64,000 nucleotides of DNA. It comes from Octopus sinensis (taxonomy: Eukaryota). The notes beneath the pieces were generated by a model. That model was not told the origin of the DNA. It searched no databases and saw only the letters and a list, made by a program, of their open reading frames with translations. The stretch's first letter is position 1, and every line of letters starts with the position of its first letter. Where the stretch lies: assembly GCF_006345805.1 (NCBI RefSeq), contig NC_043021.1, positions 21,824,001-21,888,000 on the forward strand, written 5' to 3'. Shown here piece by piece: positions 1 to 12,126 of this stretch. The translations under genes were made by a program, and so were the position numbers.

Positions 1-306
1 AAAAGGTCCCTGAATAAGGGTTGTTTAAGGATGCTGAATGAAATGCCCAAAGAATCCCCCTCAACACATGGCTATGATGCTCCCACACTACTTCTGCTCG
101 TGACCAGAGATGCACATATCGTCAGCCACTAAGGGACATGCTCAACTGGTTAAGGTCAAACAACTGACCAGCAAATCTGTGGTATTGAGCAGAATATTTG
201 CTGGAGCCCATCTTTTATACCAAAGACAAAACAATGTACATTATAACACTTCCAATCAGTTAAGACAAAAAGCCATGAGAGCCACTGCCTGGTACTGCAT
301 CAGGGC
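1..306 (-). mobile_element. Family A (AAT-tailed SINE-like repeat), 5' part
   Basis: Matches copies at 10055-10615 and 56035-56525; the end seen on - reads TGCCCTGATGCAGTACCAGGCAGTGGC. Confidence 0.7.
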
Positions 307-320
307 AATTATTATTATTA

Positions 321-367
<47 letters not shown>

Positions 368-369
368 GT

Positions 370-720
370 TAAGGCAGTGAGCTGATAGAATCGCTAGTGT
401 GCCGGGTGAAATGCTTAGTGGTATTTCATGTTTTCACATTCTGAGTTCAAATTCCACTGAGGTCGACTTTGCTTTTCATCCCTTCCGGGGTCGATGAAAT
501 AAGTACCAGTTACACACTGGGGTTGATGTAATTGGCTCATCCCCTCACCCCAAATTGCTGCCCTTGTGGCAAAATTTGAAATCATTATTATTAGTATTCG
601 ATGTTGATTTTGCCTTTCATCCTTTTGGGGGTCATTAAATTGAGTACCAGTGAAACACTGGGGTTGAGGTAATCCCCAAAATGGCTGCCCTCCTGGAAAA
701 ATTTGAAACCATTATTATTA
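370..720 (+). mobile_element. S2 SINE plus partial second copy
   Basis: GAGCTG..GAA..TTAG head, GTTCAAATTC B-box-like motif, central GCCTTTCATCC..GGGGTCGAT..AAGTACCAG block. Confidence 0.75.
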
Positions 721-744
721 CCATCATCATGATTATTATAATTA

Positions 745-944
745 TGGCCGTTTGCCAGCTCCGTCTGGCACCTGTGCGGGTGGCACGTAAAAAGCGCCCA
801 CTACACTCACGGAGTGGTTGGCGTTAGGAAGGGCATCCAGCCGTAGAAACACTGCCTGATCAGACTGGGCCTGGTGCAGCCTTCTGGCTTCACAGACCCC
901 AGTTGAACCGTCCAACCCATGCTAGCATGGAAAGCGGACGCTAA

Positions 945-984
<40 letters not shown>

Positions 985-985
985 G
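745..985 (+). mobile_element. S4 SINE with (TGA)n tail
   Basis: GGCACGTAAAAAGC..GTTAGGAAGGGCATCCAG..CCAACCCATGCTAGCATGGAAAGCGGACG then TGA repeats; matches 23458-23648. Confidence 0.75.
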
Positions 986-1021
986 GATTATGATTATCAT
1001 CATTGTTATTATTATTATTAT

Positions 1022-1140
1022 TGAGTGAGAGAGCAGGGCATGCCATTGAAGTGAGACTGGGGTAAAATATACAAAACCCAGCATACCCATCATGACTACC
1101 CATCTGATGAGGGTACACCAGGCGCATGCATCACAACTTA
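1022..1140 (-). mobile_element. Family A fragment (3' end)
   Basis: GAGTGAGAGAGCAG..GTGAGACTGGGGTAAAATATAC matches 10055-10170. Confidence 0.65.
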
Positions 1141-1499
1141 TCGACGTCGGCGGCGGCGGCTGCAGTGACGGCCACGTCGTCGGAGTCGTCATCCTTATTA
1201 GTATTATTATCATCATCTCTTTATTAATTCATACATATTGTTCAGTGGATCTCATCCTTTTACTCCTCAATACAAAAATCCTCATCCACTCTTTCGTTCT
1301 TTATTGTTTGTTATCCGCTTCTTTCTGTTTCAACTTCGTATTGTCCTCCACTTTCTCGGGGGTCCTTGTGGCCGATAAAAAAAAAAAAAAATGAAGCACA
1401 CACACACACACACACAAAAAAAAACCAAAAGCAAATAAAAACAGAAAGATCTATTATGGCCAAGTAAAACAAAAAAACATCATTAATAAAATAAAAGAA

Positions 1500-1619
1500 A
1501 TTATTATTACATTAAACAAATCATTATTATCATCATCATCATCATTATTATTATCATCATCATCATTATTATTATTATCATCATTATTTTTATTATTATT
1601 ATCATCATCATCATCATCA

Positions 1620-1655
<36 letters not shown>

Positions 1656-1791
1656 GCATCATCATCATCACTATCACCAGATCATTTATCTTCAATATTA
1701 TTAATGTTATTTCTTATTGATTGCGGTAGTGGTGGTGGTGCTGGTGACAGATGGTGTTGGTAATAGAAATAATAATAGTTGTTAGTGGTAA

Positions 1792-1831
<40 letters not shown>

Positions 1832-2657
1832 TGTGGTGGTGGTGGTGGTGGTGGTGTCGGAGGTGGATCCTGTTAAAGAATAACAGTGCTAAGTGGCTTT
1901 AACAGTACCGCCTTCCACCGCCGCGCCAGCACCCAACGCACTCCCCCCCATTGACCCCTCCCTCCCTCGGCTACTTTGATTCCAGCAACATCACCACCAC
2001 CACCACCCAACGCCCTCCCCCATTGACTCCCCCTCCCCTACCTCGCTTCCAGCAACAGCAGCAGCAACATCACCACCACCACCACCATTATCCTCAATGC
2101 CTGCAACAAGAATAACAACAACAGCAGCGACAACCACTGAATGGCTACCAAAGATTGCAATATCAATAAAAAAATAAAAAAATGAAAAAATCGTCTACAG
2201 CAACAACAACAACACCAACAATGCAAGTATAAAAGTAAGTCATGTAAGTAAAAGAAAGGAAAGAAAAGAAAAAAGAAAGGAAGGAAGGAAGGAAGGAGAG
2301 AAAGGAAGAAAGTGGGCCAGGCCGGGTTCATGGAGTACAAATCAATGATGTACAGTTTTATCATGTGGCAATGAGAGAAAGAAAGAAAGAAAGAGAAAAC
2401 TAAGGAAAGCAGGTGGGATGTAGTTGGGCGGTGGCGGCGGTGGTGGTGGTTGTTGTGGTGGTGGTGGTGGTGGTGGGAAGTCAGACAGGCAGACAGACAG
2501 ACAGGCAGGTGGAGAGACAAGCAGACAGAAGGGGAGTGGATGTGGAGGTGTGTGTGTGTGTGTGTGTGTGAGAGGGAGGAAGGTGATGTTCTGAGAAGAC
2601 AGGGATGGGAGGTGAGGAGGAGTGGGTTGGTGGATGGGTGAGTGGTCAGGGAGAGAG

Positions 2658-2705
<48 letters not shown>

Positions 2706-3300
2706 GTGGGGCGGGCGGGGGTGGGAGAGAGATGAGAAAAGGTAAAATTACCCCCCCTACGAAAATGGATTGCTGGTATTGAATATGGGTTATAGATGAT
2801 AGTGCTGATGATGATGACGATGATAATCTTGATGGTGGTGATGATGATGATAATGAAGTTGCTGCTGCTGATAGTGGTGCTGATGATAATGATGGTGACG
2901 GTGGTAATGGTGATGGTGATGATGATGGTGGTGAAGATGATGATGATGATGACGGTGGTGAAGGTGGTGGTGGTGGTGATGATGATGATGATGATGACAG
3001 TGTTGATGATGTGGTGATGATGGTGACGATTAAGGTGATGACAATGATTATGATGTTGATGATGATGATGATAACAGTGCTGATGATAATGCCGGTGAAA
3101 ATGGTAATGTGATGGTGGTGGTGATGATGCTGATGATGGTGATGATGATGGTGATGATGATGGTGATGATGATTCTGATGATGGTGATGATGATGCTGAT
3201 GATGATGCTGATGATGGTGATGATGATGGTGATGATGGAGAAGGTGATAGTGGTGATGAGGAAGTTGGTGATTTCAAGACTACCATGATTATAGTGATAT
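1500..3300. repeat. Mixed trinucleotide and dinucleotide microsatellite field (ATT/ATC/GTA/GGT/GAT, GA, TG)
   Basis: Simple repeats visible directly; source of the poly-I/H/S/M ORFs. Confidence 0.9.
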
Positions 3301-3334
3301 TGATGGTGAGGAATTCGGTGAAGGAGACACTGAT

Positions 3335-3445
3335 TGTAATGAAGTGTCTTGCTCAAGAACACAACACACAGCCTGGTCCGGGAATCAAACTCACAACCTC
3401 ATGACTGTGAGCCCGACACTCTAACCACCAAGTCATGTGCCTTCA
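3335..3445 (-). mobile_element. S3b tRNA-headed SINE, 5' fragment
   Basis: Reverse complement of TGGTTAGAGTGTCGGGCTC..GTTTGATTCCCGGACC..CTTGAGCAAGACACTT. Confidence 0.65.
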
Positions 3446-3488
3446 ACATGAGGATAAAACTGGTTGTCAAAATGATGATAATGATCTT

Positions 3489-3866
3489 AGGCACTGGAGT
3501 GGCTGTGTGGTAAGTAGCTTGCTTACCAACCACATGGTTCTGGGTTCAGTCCTACTGCTTGGCACCTTGGGCAAGTGTCTTCTACTAAAGTCTCGGGCTG
3601 ATCAAAGACTTGTGAGTGGATTTGGTAGATGGAAACTGAAAGAAGCCCATTGTATATATATATATGTGTGTGTGTGTGTCTGTCTGTCTGTGTTTGCCTC
3701 CCCCAACATTGTTTGGCAACCGATGCTTGTGTGTTTACTTCCCTGTAACTTAGCAGTTCAGCAAAATAGACCAATAGAATAAGTACTAGGCTTACAAAGA
3801 AAAAGTCCTGGGGTCGATTTGTTCAACTAAAAGCAGTGCTCCAGCATGGCCACAAGTAAAAGAGTA
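3489..3866 (+). mobile_element. S1 SINE
   Basis: GGAGTGGCTGTGTGGTAAGTAGCTTGC head, internal (TA)n(TG)n, tail GTGCTCCAGCATGGCC..AAGTAAAAGAG. Confidence 0.85.
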
Positions 3867-3876
3867 TATATGTTTG

Positions 3877-4190
3877 TGAAGGTACATGGCTTAGTGGTTT
3901 CGGTATTTGGCTCATGATTGTAATGTTGCAAGTTCAATTCCCAGCGACGTGTTGTGTTTTTGAGCAAGAGGCTTTATTTCATGTCACCCCAATCCACTCA
4001 GCTGGTGAAAAATGAGTACTACTTGTATTTGAAAGGGCCGCCCTTTTCACACTCTGTGTCATGCTCCTGGAAAACTATGTTAAGTGTACATGTGTCTGTG
4101 GAGCGCTCAGCCACTTACATGTTAATTGCATGAGCAATGTTCCATTGATTGGATAACCTAGATCCCTTGTCATCATAACCAACAGAGAGC
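3877..4190 (+). mobile_element. S3b tRNA-headed SINE
   Basis: TGGCTTAGTGGTT A-box-like, GTTCAATTCC B-box-like, TTGAGCAAG; 3' part matches the reverse complement of 45220-45370. Confidence 0.65.
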
Positions 4191-4327
4191 CAGCTACATA
4201 TATGTTTATATATTTATGTATAGGCATCTATGTATTGTATTGCCCTTAATATAAATATATATAAATTTAAAGGGAATAATTAATAAATTTTTCCCTTATG
4301 AGGTTTTTCACGCGAACTACTTGATAA

Positions 4328-4530
4328 TCTATATATATAAAACTGAGAATGTGTGTCTGTCTGTCTGTCCATGTGAATCCCTAAAACTTGAGAACTACAC
4401 TACCAATATCATTCAAATTTTACACATGCCTTACTTAGGGTCCATGGAGTGTCATGGGCAAAAAAAAAATTTCTATTTGCATATGTTCGTCAATTTGCTA
4501 CGATCTCTTTAAGTAAACAAAATAAAAAAT
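4328..4530 (+). mobile_element. Helitron family B, 5' fragment
   Basis: A|TCTATATATATAAAACTGAGAATGTGTGTCTGTCTG matches the 5' end of 58800-59622; no CTAG end found. Confidence 0.6.
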
Positions 4531-4889
4531 TTTAATTTGGGGGGCATTAGCCCCCTACTGCCTACCACTAAAGCCTTCATCACCCTCTTATCGTTCACTC
4601 CTCATCCATCCTCTCCATATGGCCAAACCACTTCAACATTCTTCTCTGCAATTTGGTTGTTAGTTTTTCTTTCATTCCAGCTCGTTTCTTATAAAGATTT
4701 TATCCCATTTTTAATTTGTAATGAATTTTATTCTGAGTAAACACGTGTACGGAGATGCGATTCGAAAAGCCCACCTCTTGCATAGATATATAAGTGTGAA
4801 CAATTTCTATGTACTATGCTGAATACATTTGGTGTTCGTGTCTGCTATGTTTATTCTTTTGTTCATTTTTATGTGTCTTGATTTATGCA

Positions 4890-4947
4890 TGCACTGACGA
4901 TTAAAAAGTGCATTTTGTGCACTAATCATGAAATCATATGATCTGCA
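4890..4947 (+). ncRNA. Type I hammerhead ribozyme motif
   Basis: Helix I TGCA/TGCA; core CTGACGA 4894-4900; helix II with AGTGCA/TGCACT; GAAA 4930-4933; palindromic helix III ATCATATGAT; ATC cleavage triplet ending at 4943. Confidence 0.75.
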
Positions 4948-5247
4948 ACTGAATCTGTTTTTAAAAGGCTTGCTTCGAGAGTTGCATTCCCTCGCGTTCG
5001 GCACAATGTGTTTATTATGGTAGTTTTGACTTTATGAGTCCCTCAGTCCCTCCTAGCCTGAGGCATTTATGTATAGTAATGCCCTTAATATAAATAAATA
5101 TCATATATATATAAACTTACCTGGAGAAAAGAAAAGAAAAGAAACGAAACAACGCGAGGGCGCTCAGTCATACAATAATTTAATAAATAAAATATATGCA
5201 TACATACATACATGTATGTACGTACCTACATCTACATGTACTTATAC

Positions 5248-5434
5248 AGAAGAAAAAGTGAGAGAAAGTTGTGGTGAAAGAGTACAGCAGGGATCGCCAC
5301 CACCCCCTGCGGGAGCTGTGTGGAGTTTTATGTGTTTTTGCTCAATATACACTCACAACACCCGATCTGGGAATTTAAACCACGATCCTACAACCGCGAG
5401 TCCGCTGCCCTAACCACTGGGCCATTGTGCCTCC
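5248..5434 (-). mobile_element. S3 tRNA-headed SINE, 5' part
   Basis: Reverse complement of GGAGGCACAATGGCCCAGTGGTTAGGGCAGCGGACTCGCGG; matches 20031, 45220, 51011 copies. Confidence 0.8.
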
Positions 5435-5505
5435 GCTCAGCTGGCAAAAATGAGTAACGCAGTGATGCACTGGCATCCCGTCCAGATGGGGAACACATAT
5501 ACCAT

Positions 5506-5548
<43 letters not shown>

Positions 5549-5690
5549 TATATCATCAGTGGAACATATATCCAAAAAAAGAAACACTCTAAAACTTAAA
5601 GCAGTAATAGAGTTACATGAAGTTAATTATTTGATGGGCATAAAGTGACCAATGGCTCCACCTCCAGTTTGAAGAGAGGTTATATGTCTG

Positions 5691-5765
5691 TGGCCATGGA
5701 GTCTGACGAGTCATCCATAAGGCTAAATGCTTTATGGATGTGAAATCATTGGTCATCTATGACCA
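5691..5765 (+). ncRNA. Type I hammerhead ribozyme motif
   Basis: Core CTGACGA 5703-5709; helix II CATCCATAA/TTATGGATG (9 bp); GAAA 5742-5745; helix III ATC-ATT-GGT; GTC triplet ending at 5754; helix I TGGCCATGGAGT with ATCTATGACCA. Confidence 0.8.
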
Positions 5766-5838
5766 ACATTATCATGTAAGTTATATATATATGTTATATA
5801 TATATATATATATATATTAGATATATATATATATATAT

Positions 5839-6225
5839 ACTCTTTTACACTCTTTTACTTGTTTCAGTCATTTGACTGTGGCCATGCTGGAGCACCGCCT
5901 TTAGTCGAGCAAATCGACCCCGGGACTTATCTTTGTAGCTAGTACTTATCTATCAGTCTCTTTTGCCGAACCGCTAAGTAACGGGGACGTAAACACACCA
6001 GCATCGGTTGTCAAGCAATGCTAGGGGGACAAACAACAACACAGACACACAAACACATAACATATATACATACAGTTTTCGTCTACCAAATCCACTCACA
6101 AGGCATTGGTCGGCCCGGGGCTATAGCAGAAGACACTTGCCCAAGATGCCACGCAGTGGGCAGGGGGACTGAACCCAGAACCATGTGGTTGTTAGCAAGC
6201 TACTTACCACACAGCCACTCCTGCG

Positions 6226-6229
<4 letters not shown>
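5839..6229 (-). mobile_element. S1 SINE
   Basis: Full S1 head and tail, reverse orientation. Confidence 0.9.
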
Positions 6230-6261
<32 letters not shown>

Positions 6262-6264
<3 letters not shown>

Positions 6265-6653
6265 TTTTATTCTTTTACTTGCTTCAGTCAGTTGACTGTG
6301 GCCATACTAGGACACTGCCTTTAGTCGAACAAATCAACCCCAGGACTTTGTAAGCATAGTACTTATTCTATCAGTCTCTTTTGCCGAACTAAAAGTTACA
6401 CGGACATAAACACACCAACATTGATTGTCAAGCAATGGTAGGTGGACAAACACAGACACACAAATACACACACATATATATACATTTATGACAGGCTTCT
6501 TTGAGTTTCTGTCTACCAAATCCACTCACAAGGCTTTGGTCAGCCTGAGGCTATAGTAGAAGACACTTGCTGAAGATGGCACGCAGTGGGACTGAACATG
6601 GAACTATGTGGTCGAGAAGCAAGCTTCTTACCACACAGCCAGTCCTGCACCTA
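6262..6653 (-). mobile_element. S1 SINE (tandem with the previous copy)
   Basis: Full S1 head and tail, more diverged. Confidence 0.85.
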
Positions 6654-6701
<48 letters not shown>

Positions 6702-6988
6702 ATATATAATAATTTGAGGGAATTATTATTCCAAACTTACAGGGAAAAATTCAATTTAGAAATACTAAATCAAATTTCACAAAATATAATATATATATAG
6801 ATTATTCTACCAAATATATACGTTTTCTTTATTATTTTGCACAATACTTTAATTATCGTTATATTTTTTATCTTATATTTAATATTTCTAGTATATGTAT
6901 TTTCTAGATGGTGTGATTTAATTTTTCGTTTGAATGATAAAAGGTGATTTTTTTTCTAATTTATATATACATATATATATATACATAC

Positions 6989-7021
<33 letters not shown>

Positions 7022-7025
7022 ATAT

Positions 7026-7056
<31 letters not shown>

Positions 7057-7089
7057 ATATATAATATATGTATATATACATACATGGAG

Positions 7090-7310
7090 GAGTGTATCTT
7101 GTGTCTGTGTTTGCCCTCCTACCACTGCTTAACAACCAGTGCTGGTGTGTTTGCATCCCCATAGTTTCGTGGTTCAGCAAAAGTGATCAATAGAATAAAT
7201 ATTAGTCTTTAGAAATAAACAAGTCTCTGGGGTGGATTCATTTGACTAAGAATTCTTCAAGGCAGGTGCTCCAGCATGGTCGCAGTCTAATGACTGAAAC
7301 AAGTAAAACG
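7090..7310 (+). mobile_element. S1 SINE, 3' half
   Basis: TGCTTAACAACCAGTGCTGGTGTGTTT..GTGCTCCAGCATGG..TGACTGAAACAAGTAAAA. Confidence 0.75.
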
Positions 7311-7432
7311 CAGAAAACAAGAAAAACAAAAATCGTAAGTAAAAGAAGTGATGGTCAAAGTTGGAATGCTTTTGATCATAGATGTATTCAGCCAGTGATT
7401 GACCCGGGGTTAAAATAACGCATAAGCCATAA

Positions 7433-7467
<35 letters not shown>

Positions 7468-7529
7468 GTGATCTGTGTGTACATTCTACCCACCACCCTT
7501 ACATGCAGCGTTATCTTCAACCAAGATGG

Positions 7530-7680
7530 CTAATGTGTGTGTGTTGTTGTCATCATCGTCATTGTCATCATCATCTTCCTCTTCACCGTCATCATCATCA
7601 TCATTATTGTTGTCATCATCATCATCAACATCATCATCATATCATCATCATTGTCGTCATCATTGTCATCATCACCGTCA

Positions 7681-7711
<31 letters not shown>

Positions 7712-8218
7712 TGTCATCATCATCATCATCATCATCAGTGTTGTTATCATCATCGTCATCATCATTCTCATCATCATCATTGTCATCACATCATCGTCTC
7801 ATCATCATCATCATCATTGTCATCATCATCATCATCAGTGTTGTTATCATCGTCGTCATCATTCTCATCATCATCATTGTCATCATCATCGTCATCGTCG
7901 TCATCATCATCATTATCATTGTCATTGTTGTCATCATCGTCATCATTGTCGTCGTCATCATTTAACATCTGTTTGCGTACGTTTTCCATGCCGGCATGGG
8001 TTAGACAATTTCGGACAGCTTTTGTAGCAAGAGAAATTATTCAAGAGTGGCCAGTGGCAAGATTATTGTGGACAGCAAAGATGATTAAAGGAAGAATAGA
8101 ACATCTCTCTTTCCACCTCTCTTATTTTCTCACACACACACACACACACACACCACACACACACACACACACCACACACACACAAACACACACACAACAC
8201 ACACCACACAAACACACC

Positions 8219-8249
<31 letters not shown>

Positions 8250-8258
8250 CAACACACA

Positions 8259-8291
<33 letters not shown>

Positions 8292-8616
8292 CACACACAC
8301 ACCGCACACACCAAACACACAACAAACACACACACACCCACAAAAACACACACACACACACACACCAAACACACACACACACCACTCACACCACACACCA
8401 CACACACACACACACACACAAACACACAACGCACACACACACACGCACACACACACACACCCACACAAAACACACACACACACAACACAAACACACACCA
8501 CGCACACAACACACACACCACCACACCACAAACACACACACACATGCATGGGCATACACATATGGACACATATAGATACAGAAAATACACAGAACCATAT
8601 GCTTGCATTGTTTCTT

Positions 8617-8649
<33 letters not shown>

Positions 8650-9215
8650 TGCAAATACACACATACACAAAAGCACATACACACGCACCCACATACAAAT
8701 ATACACAAACACATGCACACACACATACATAAAGACATAGACACACACACACACACACATGCAAATACACACATACACAAAAGCACATACACACGCACCC
8801 ACATACAAATATACACAAACACATGCACACACACATACATAAAGACATAGACACACACATGCACACACATGGAAATACATACACAAATACACATATATAC
8901 ACACTCACACACACATACAAATATACACAAACACATATACACACATACACACTCACACGCGCACATAGGTAAATACACATACACACACTAACACACATAT
9001 ATACACAAACACATGCACACACACACATACACAAAGACATAGGTACACATATACACACATACACATGCACAGATGCATGCACACACACACACCACACATA
9101 CATAATAATCATACACATATATACACAAACACATGCAAACCCATACACAAAGACATAGACGCACACGCATATATTCACGCACACATACACACACACACAC
9201 ACACACACAAACACA
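7530..9215. repeat. (ATC)n field followed by compound (CA)n/(CATA)n field
   Basis: Visible directly; source of the 366-aa poly-S/H/T ORF. Confidence 0.9.
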
Positions 9216-10054
9216 GACACATCCCACCCTCCCACTATCTCCCCCCCCCTCTGTAGATATCCTCCTGCAGCAGCAGCAGCAGCATCCTTTATTTCCTGTT
9301 CATATTTCGAAAAACTATGGTATTCTTCCGCCAGCCTCTTCTTTCAACAGATTGATGCCTGCAAATGGCTTGCGGGCAAACCAGTTTAGAGCAGCCATTT
9401 GAATTATGACAGAGAAGAAGAGGTGGTAGAGTGCTGGAGAAGGGTTGAGACCAGAAGTAAAATCTAGAGCAGAAAACTGATGTAATATCAACTCACTTGC
9501 TCAGAGACAGACAGACAGACTTAAACTAATCAATATCTTTCGTTACTTTTGTTTCATGCCTTTTTCTTTTTGTTCTTCTTTTCATTCTTTCTTACACTAC
9601 TTCTTTCATTCTTTCTGTCTCTCTCTCTGTTTTTCTTCCATTCTCTTATTCGGTTGTTATTCATTTATTTCATATTTCCTTTGCTTGTCTTTCCTTCTTT
9701 CTTTCAGCCTTTTTTTTTGTTCTTTGCTTTCACTCTTTTGTTCTTTCTTTCTTTCTTTCTTTCTTTCTTCTACTTCTGTTTTCATTCACTTCCTTCTATC
9801 TACTTTCCTTCTCTTCTCTTTCAAAACCTCCATTCAACAATCCCAGCTGAGTATGTTTTCACAAAGTATCCAGTTTGCTTGCAGTCTTGTTTAAGGGTGA
9901 TCTATATATATATATATTCTATATAAAACGTAATAAGAGTATCATATATATATATATATCTATATATATATTATATATATATATATTGTGGTGTGGTTGT
10001 TTCCTTTGTAATTATAATTTAATCATCTGTATAAGAAATTATTCTTATTATTAT

Positions 10055-10613
10055 TGAGTGAGAGAGCACTGCATGACACCAAAGTGACACTGGGATAAAA
10101 TATGCCAAGTCCTATATACCCATCATAACTATCCGTCTGATAAGGGTACACTAGGCACATGCATCACAACCATAAGTACGCAACATGGTGATCTCATATC
10201 AAGATAGGACATGAGCTTGCAGGTGGGGTCCAGTTAGAATTTTCTTCAGGCCGAGTAACCCATTCCACTTAAAAGGTTTCTGAATAAGGGTTGCTTAAGG
10301 ATGTTGAATAAAACACCCATGGTTCCAGAGGTGAATTATTCAAAGCCCAAAGAATTCCTCTCAACACATGGCTATGATTCTCCCCAACTACTTCTGCTCG
10401 TGATCAGAGATGCACATATTGTCAGTCACTGAGGTACATGCTCAACTAGTTAAGGTCAAACAACTGACAAGCAAATCTGTGATTCTGACCAGAATATTTG
10501 CTATAGCCCATCTTTTATACTGGGACAAAACATGTACATGGTAACATTTTCAATCATTTAAGATCAGAAGCCATTTAAGATCATGAGAGATAGTGCCTGG
10601 TACTGCATCAGGG

Positions 10614-10615
<2 letters not shown>
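10055..10615 (-). mobile_element. Family A repeat, apparently full length
   Basis: On -, runs from TGCCCTGATGCAGTACCAGG to CTCTCTCACTCAATAATAAT. Confidence 0.75.
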
Positions 10616-10647
<32 letters not shown>

Positions 10648-10835
10648 TTTTCCTTCTTTCTTCAAATTTTCTTCTGTTTCTCGCCGGGTGTTTTCCATAC
10701 ACCTAGGGCAAAGAAGGGCATTGTATGCCTTCCCAGATTACACATGCAAATTCACAGATGAAATATGTATTTAAAAATTAATTAATAAATAAATTCATGG
10801 ATGGATGTTATTCAAAAGACAATGAAAATAAAAGG

Positions 10836-11497
10836 GAGCCAGCTGGCAGAAATGTTAGAATTCCGGGCGAATACTTAATAGTATTTCATCTGCCGCTACG
10901 TTCCGAGTTCAAATTCTGCCGAGGTCGACTTTGCCTTTCATTCTTTTGGGGTCGATAAATTAAGTACCAGTTACCCACTGGTGTTGATGTAATTGACTTA
11001 ATCCCTTTGTCTGTCCTTGTTTGTCCTCTCTATGTTTAGCCCCTTGTGGGCAATAAAGAAATAAGAAACATTAGCATGCCAGTCGAAATGCCTAGCGGTA
11101 CTTTGTCTGCTGTTATGTTCTGAGTTCAAATTCTGCCGAAGTCAACTTCGTCTTTCATGCTTTCAGGGTTGATAAATTAAGTATCAGTTACACACTGGGG
11201 TCGATGTAATCGATTTAATCCCTTTGTCTGTCCTTGTTTGTCTCCTTGATGTTTAGCCCCTTGTGGGCAATAAAGAAATAAGAAACATTAGCATGCCGGG
11301 TGAAATGCCTAGCGGTACTTTGTCTGCTGTTACGTTCTGAGTTCAAATTCTGCCGAAGTCGACTTTGCCTTTCATCCTTTCAGGGTCGATAAATTAAGTA
11401 TCAGTTACGCACTGGGGTTGATGTAATCGATTTAATCCCTTTGTCTGTCCTTGTTTGTCCCCTCGATGTTTAGCCCCTTGTGGGCAATAAAGAAATT
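10836..11497 (+). mobile_element. Three head-to-tail S2 SINE units
   Basis: About 220-bp unit repeated three times, junction AAGAAATAAGAAACATTAGCATGCC twice. Confidence 0.85.
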
Positions 11498-11720
11498 AGA
11501 TTTCAAAGATAATAAACAAAATTTCTAAAGGAAGAATATAACTACAAAATAAAATTAAAGAAAATATCCTTTGAAACATTTACATTAAAAACATTAATTT
11601 AAATATTATTCGAAACTATTAAAATTAATGGAAAACAAAAATATGTAGGAATAAATTTATCTGACAATTCACAATATATATATACACACACACTTAAAAA
11701 TATACTCTCATGCTTGCATA

Positions 11721-12126
11721 TCTTTATATATAAAATTGAAGTTGTGTGAGTGTCTGTCTACTCCGATTTAGATTCCTAACTACTCCCACATTTTGCGGTG
11801 CAGTTTAACCAAAAGCGGGTATCTTATAGTCGTGATTCATATTGAGCCCTTCTGGGTATTAGCGCAGTACTACGATGAGTCTACGATTAAAAAAAAAGTT
11901 TACCATCATTTTTTTCCCATTTTTAATGCATTTTTTCGCTATTATATAAGGGAAGTAACTCTCTAAAAATGTCTACGATGAGTCAACGATTTAAAAAAAA
12001 AGTTTACCATCATTTTTTCCCATTTTTAATGCATTTTTTGCTATTATATAAGGGAAGTAACTCTCTAAAAATGATTATATAGTTATTTCCCTTACAAACC
12101 CAAGCAACGCCAGGCGATACTGCTAG
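11721..12126 (+). mobile_element. Non-autonomous Helitron, family A
   Basis: A|TCTTTATATATAAAA 5' end; subterminal hairpin CCCAAGCAACGCCAGG; CTAG|T 3' end; internal duplication of about 105 bp. Confidence 0.8.
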
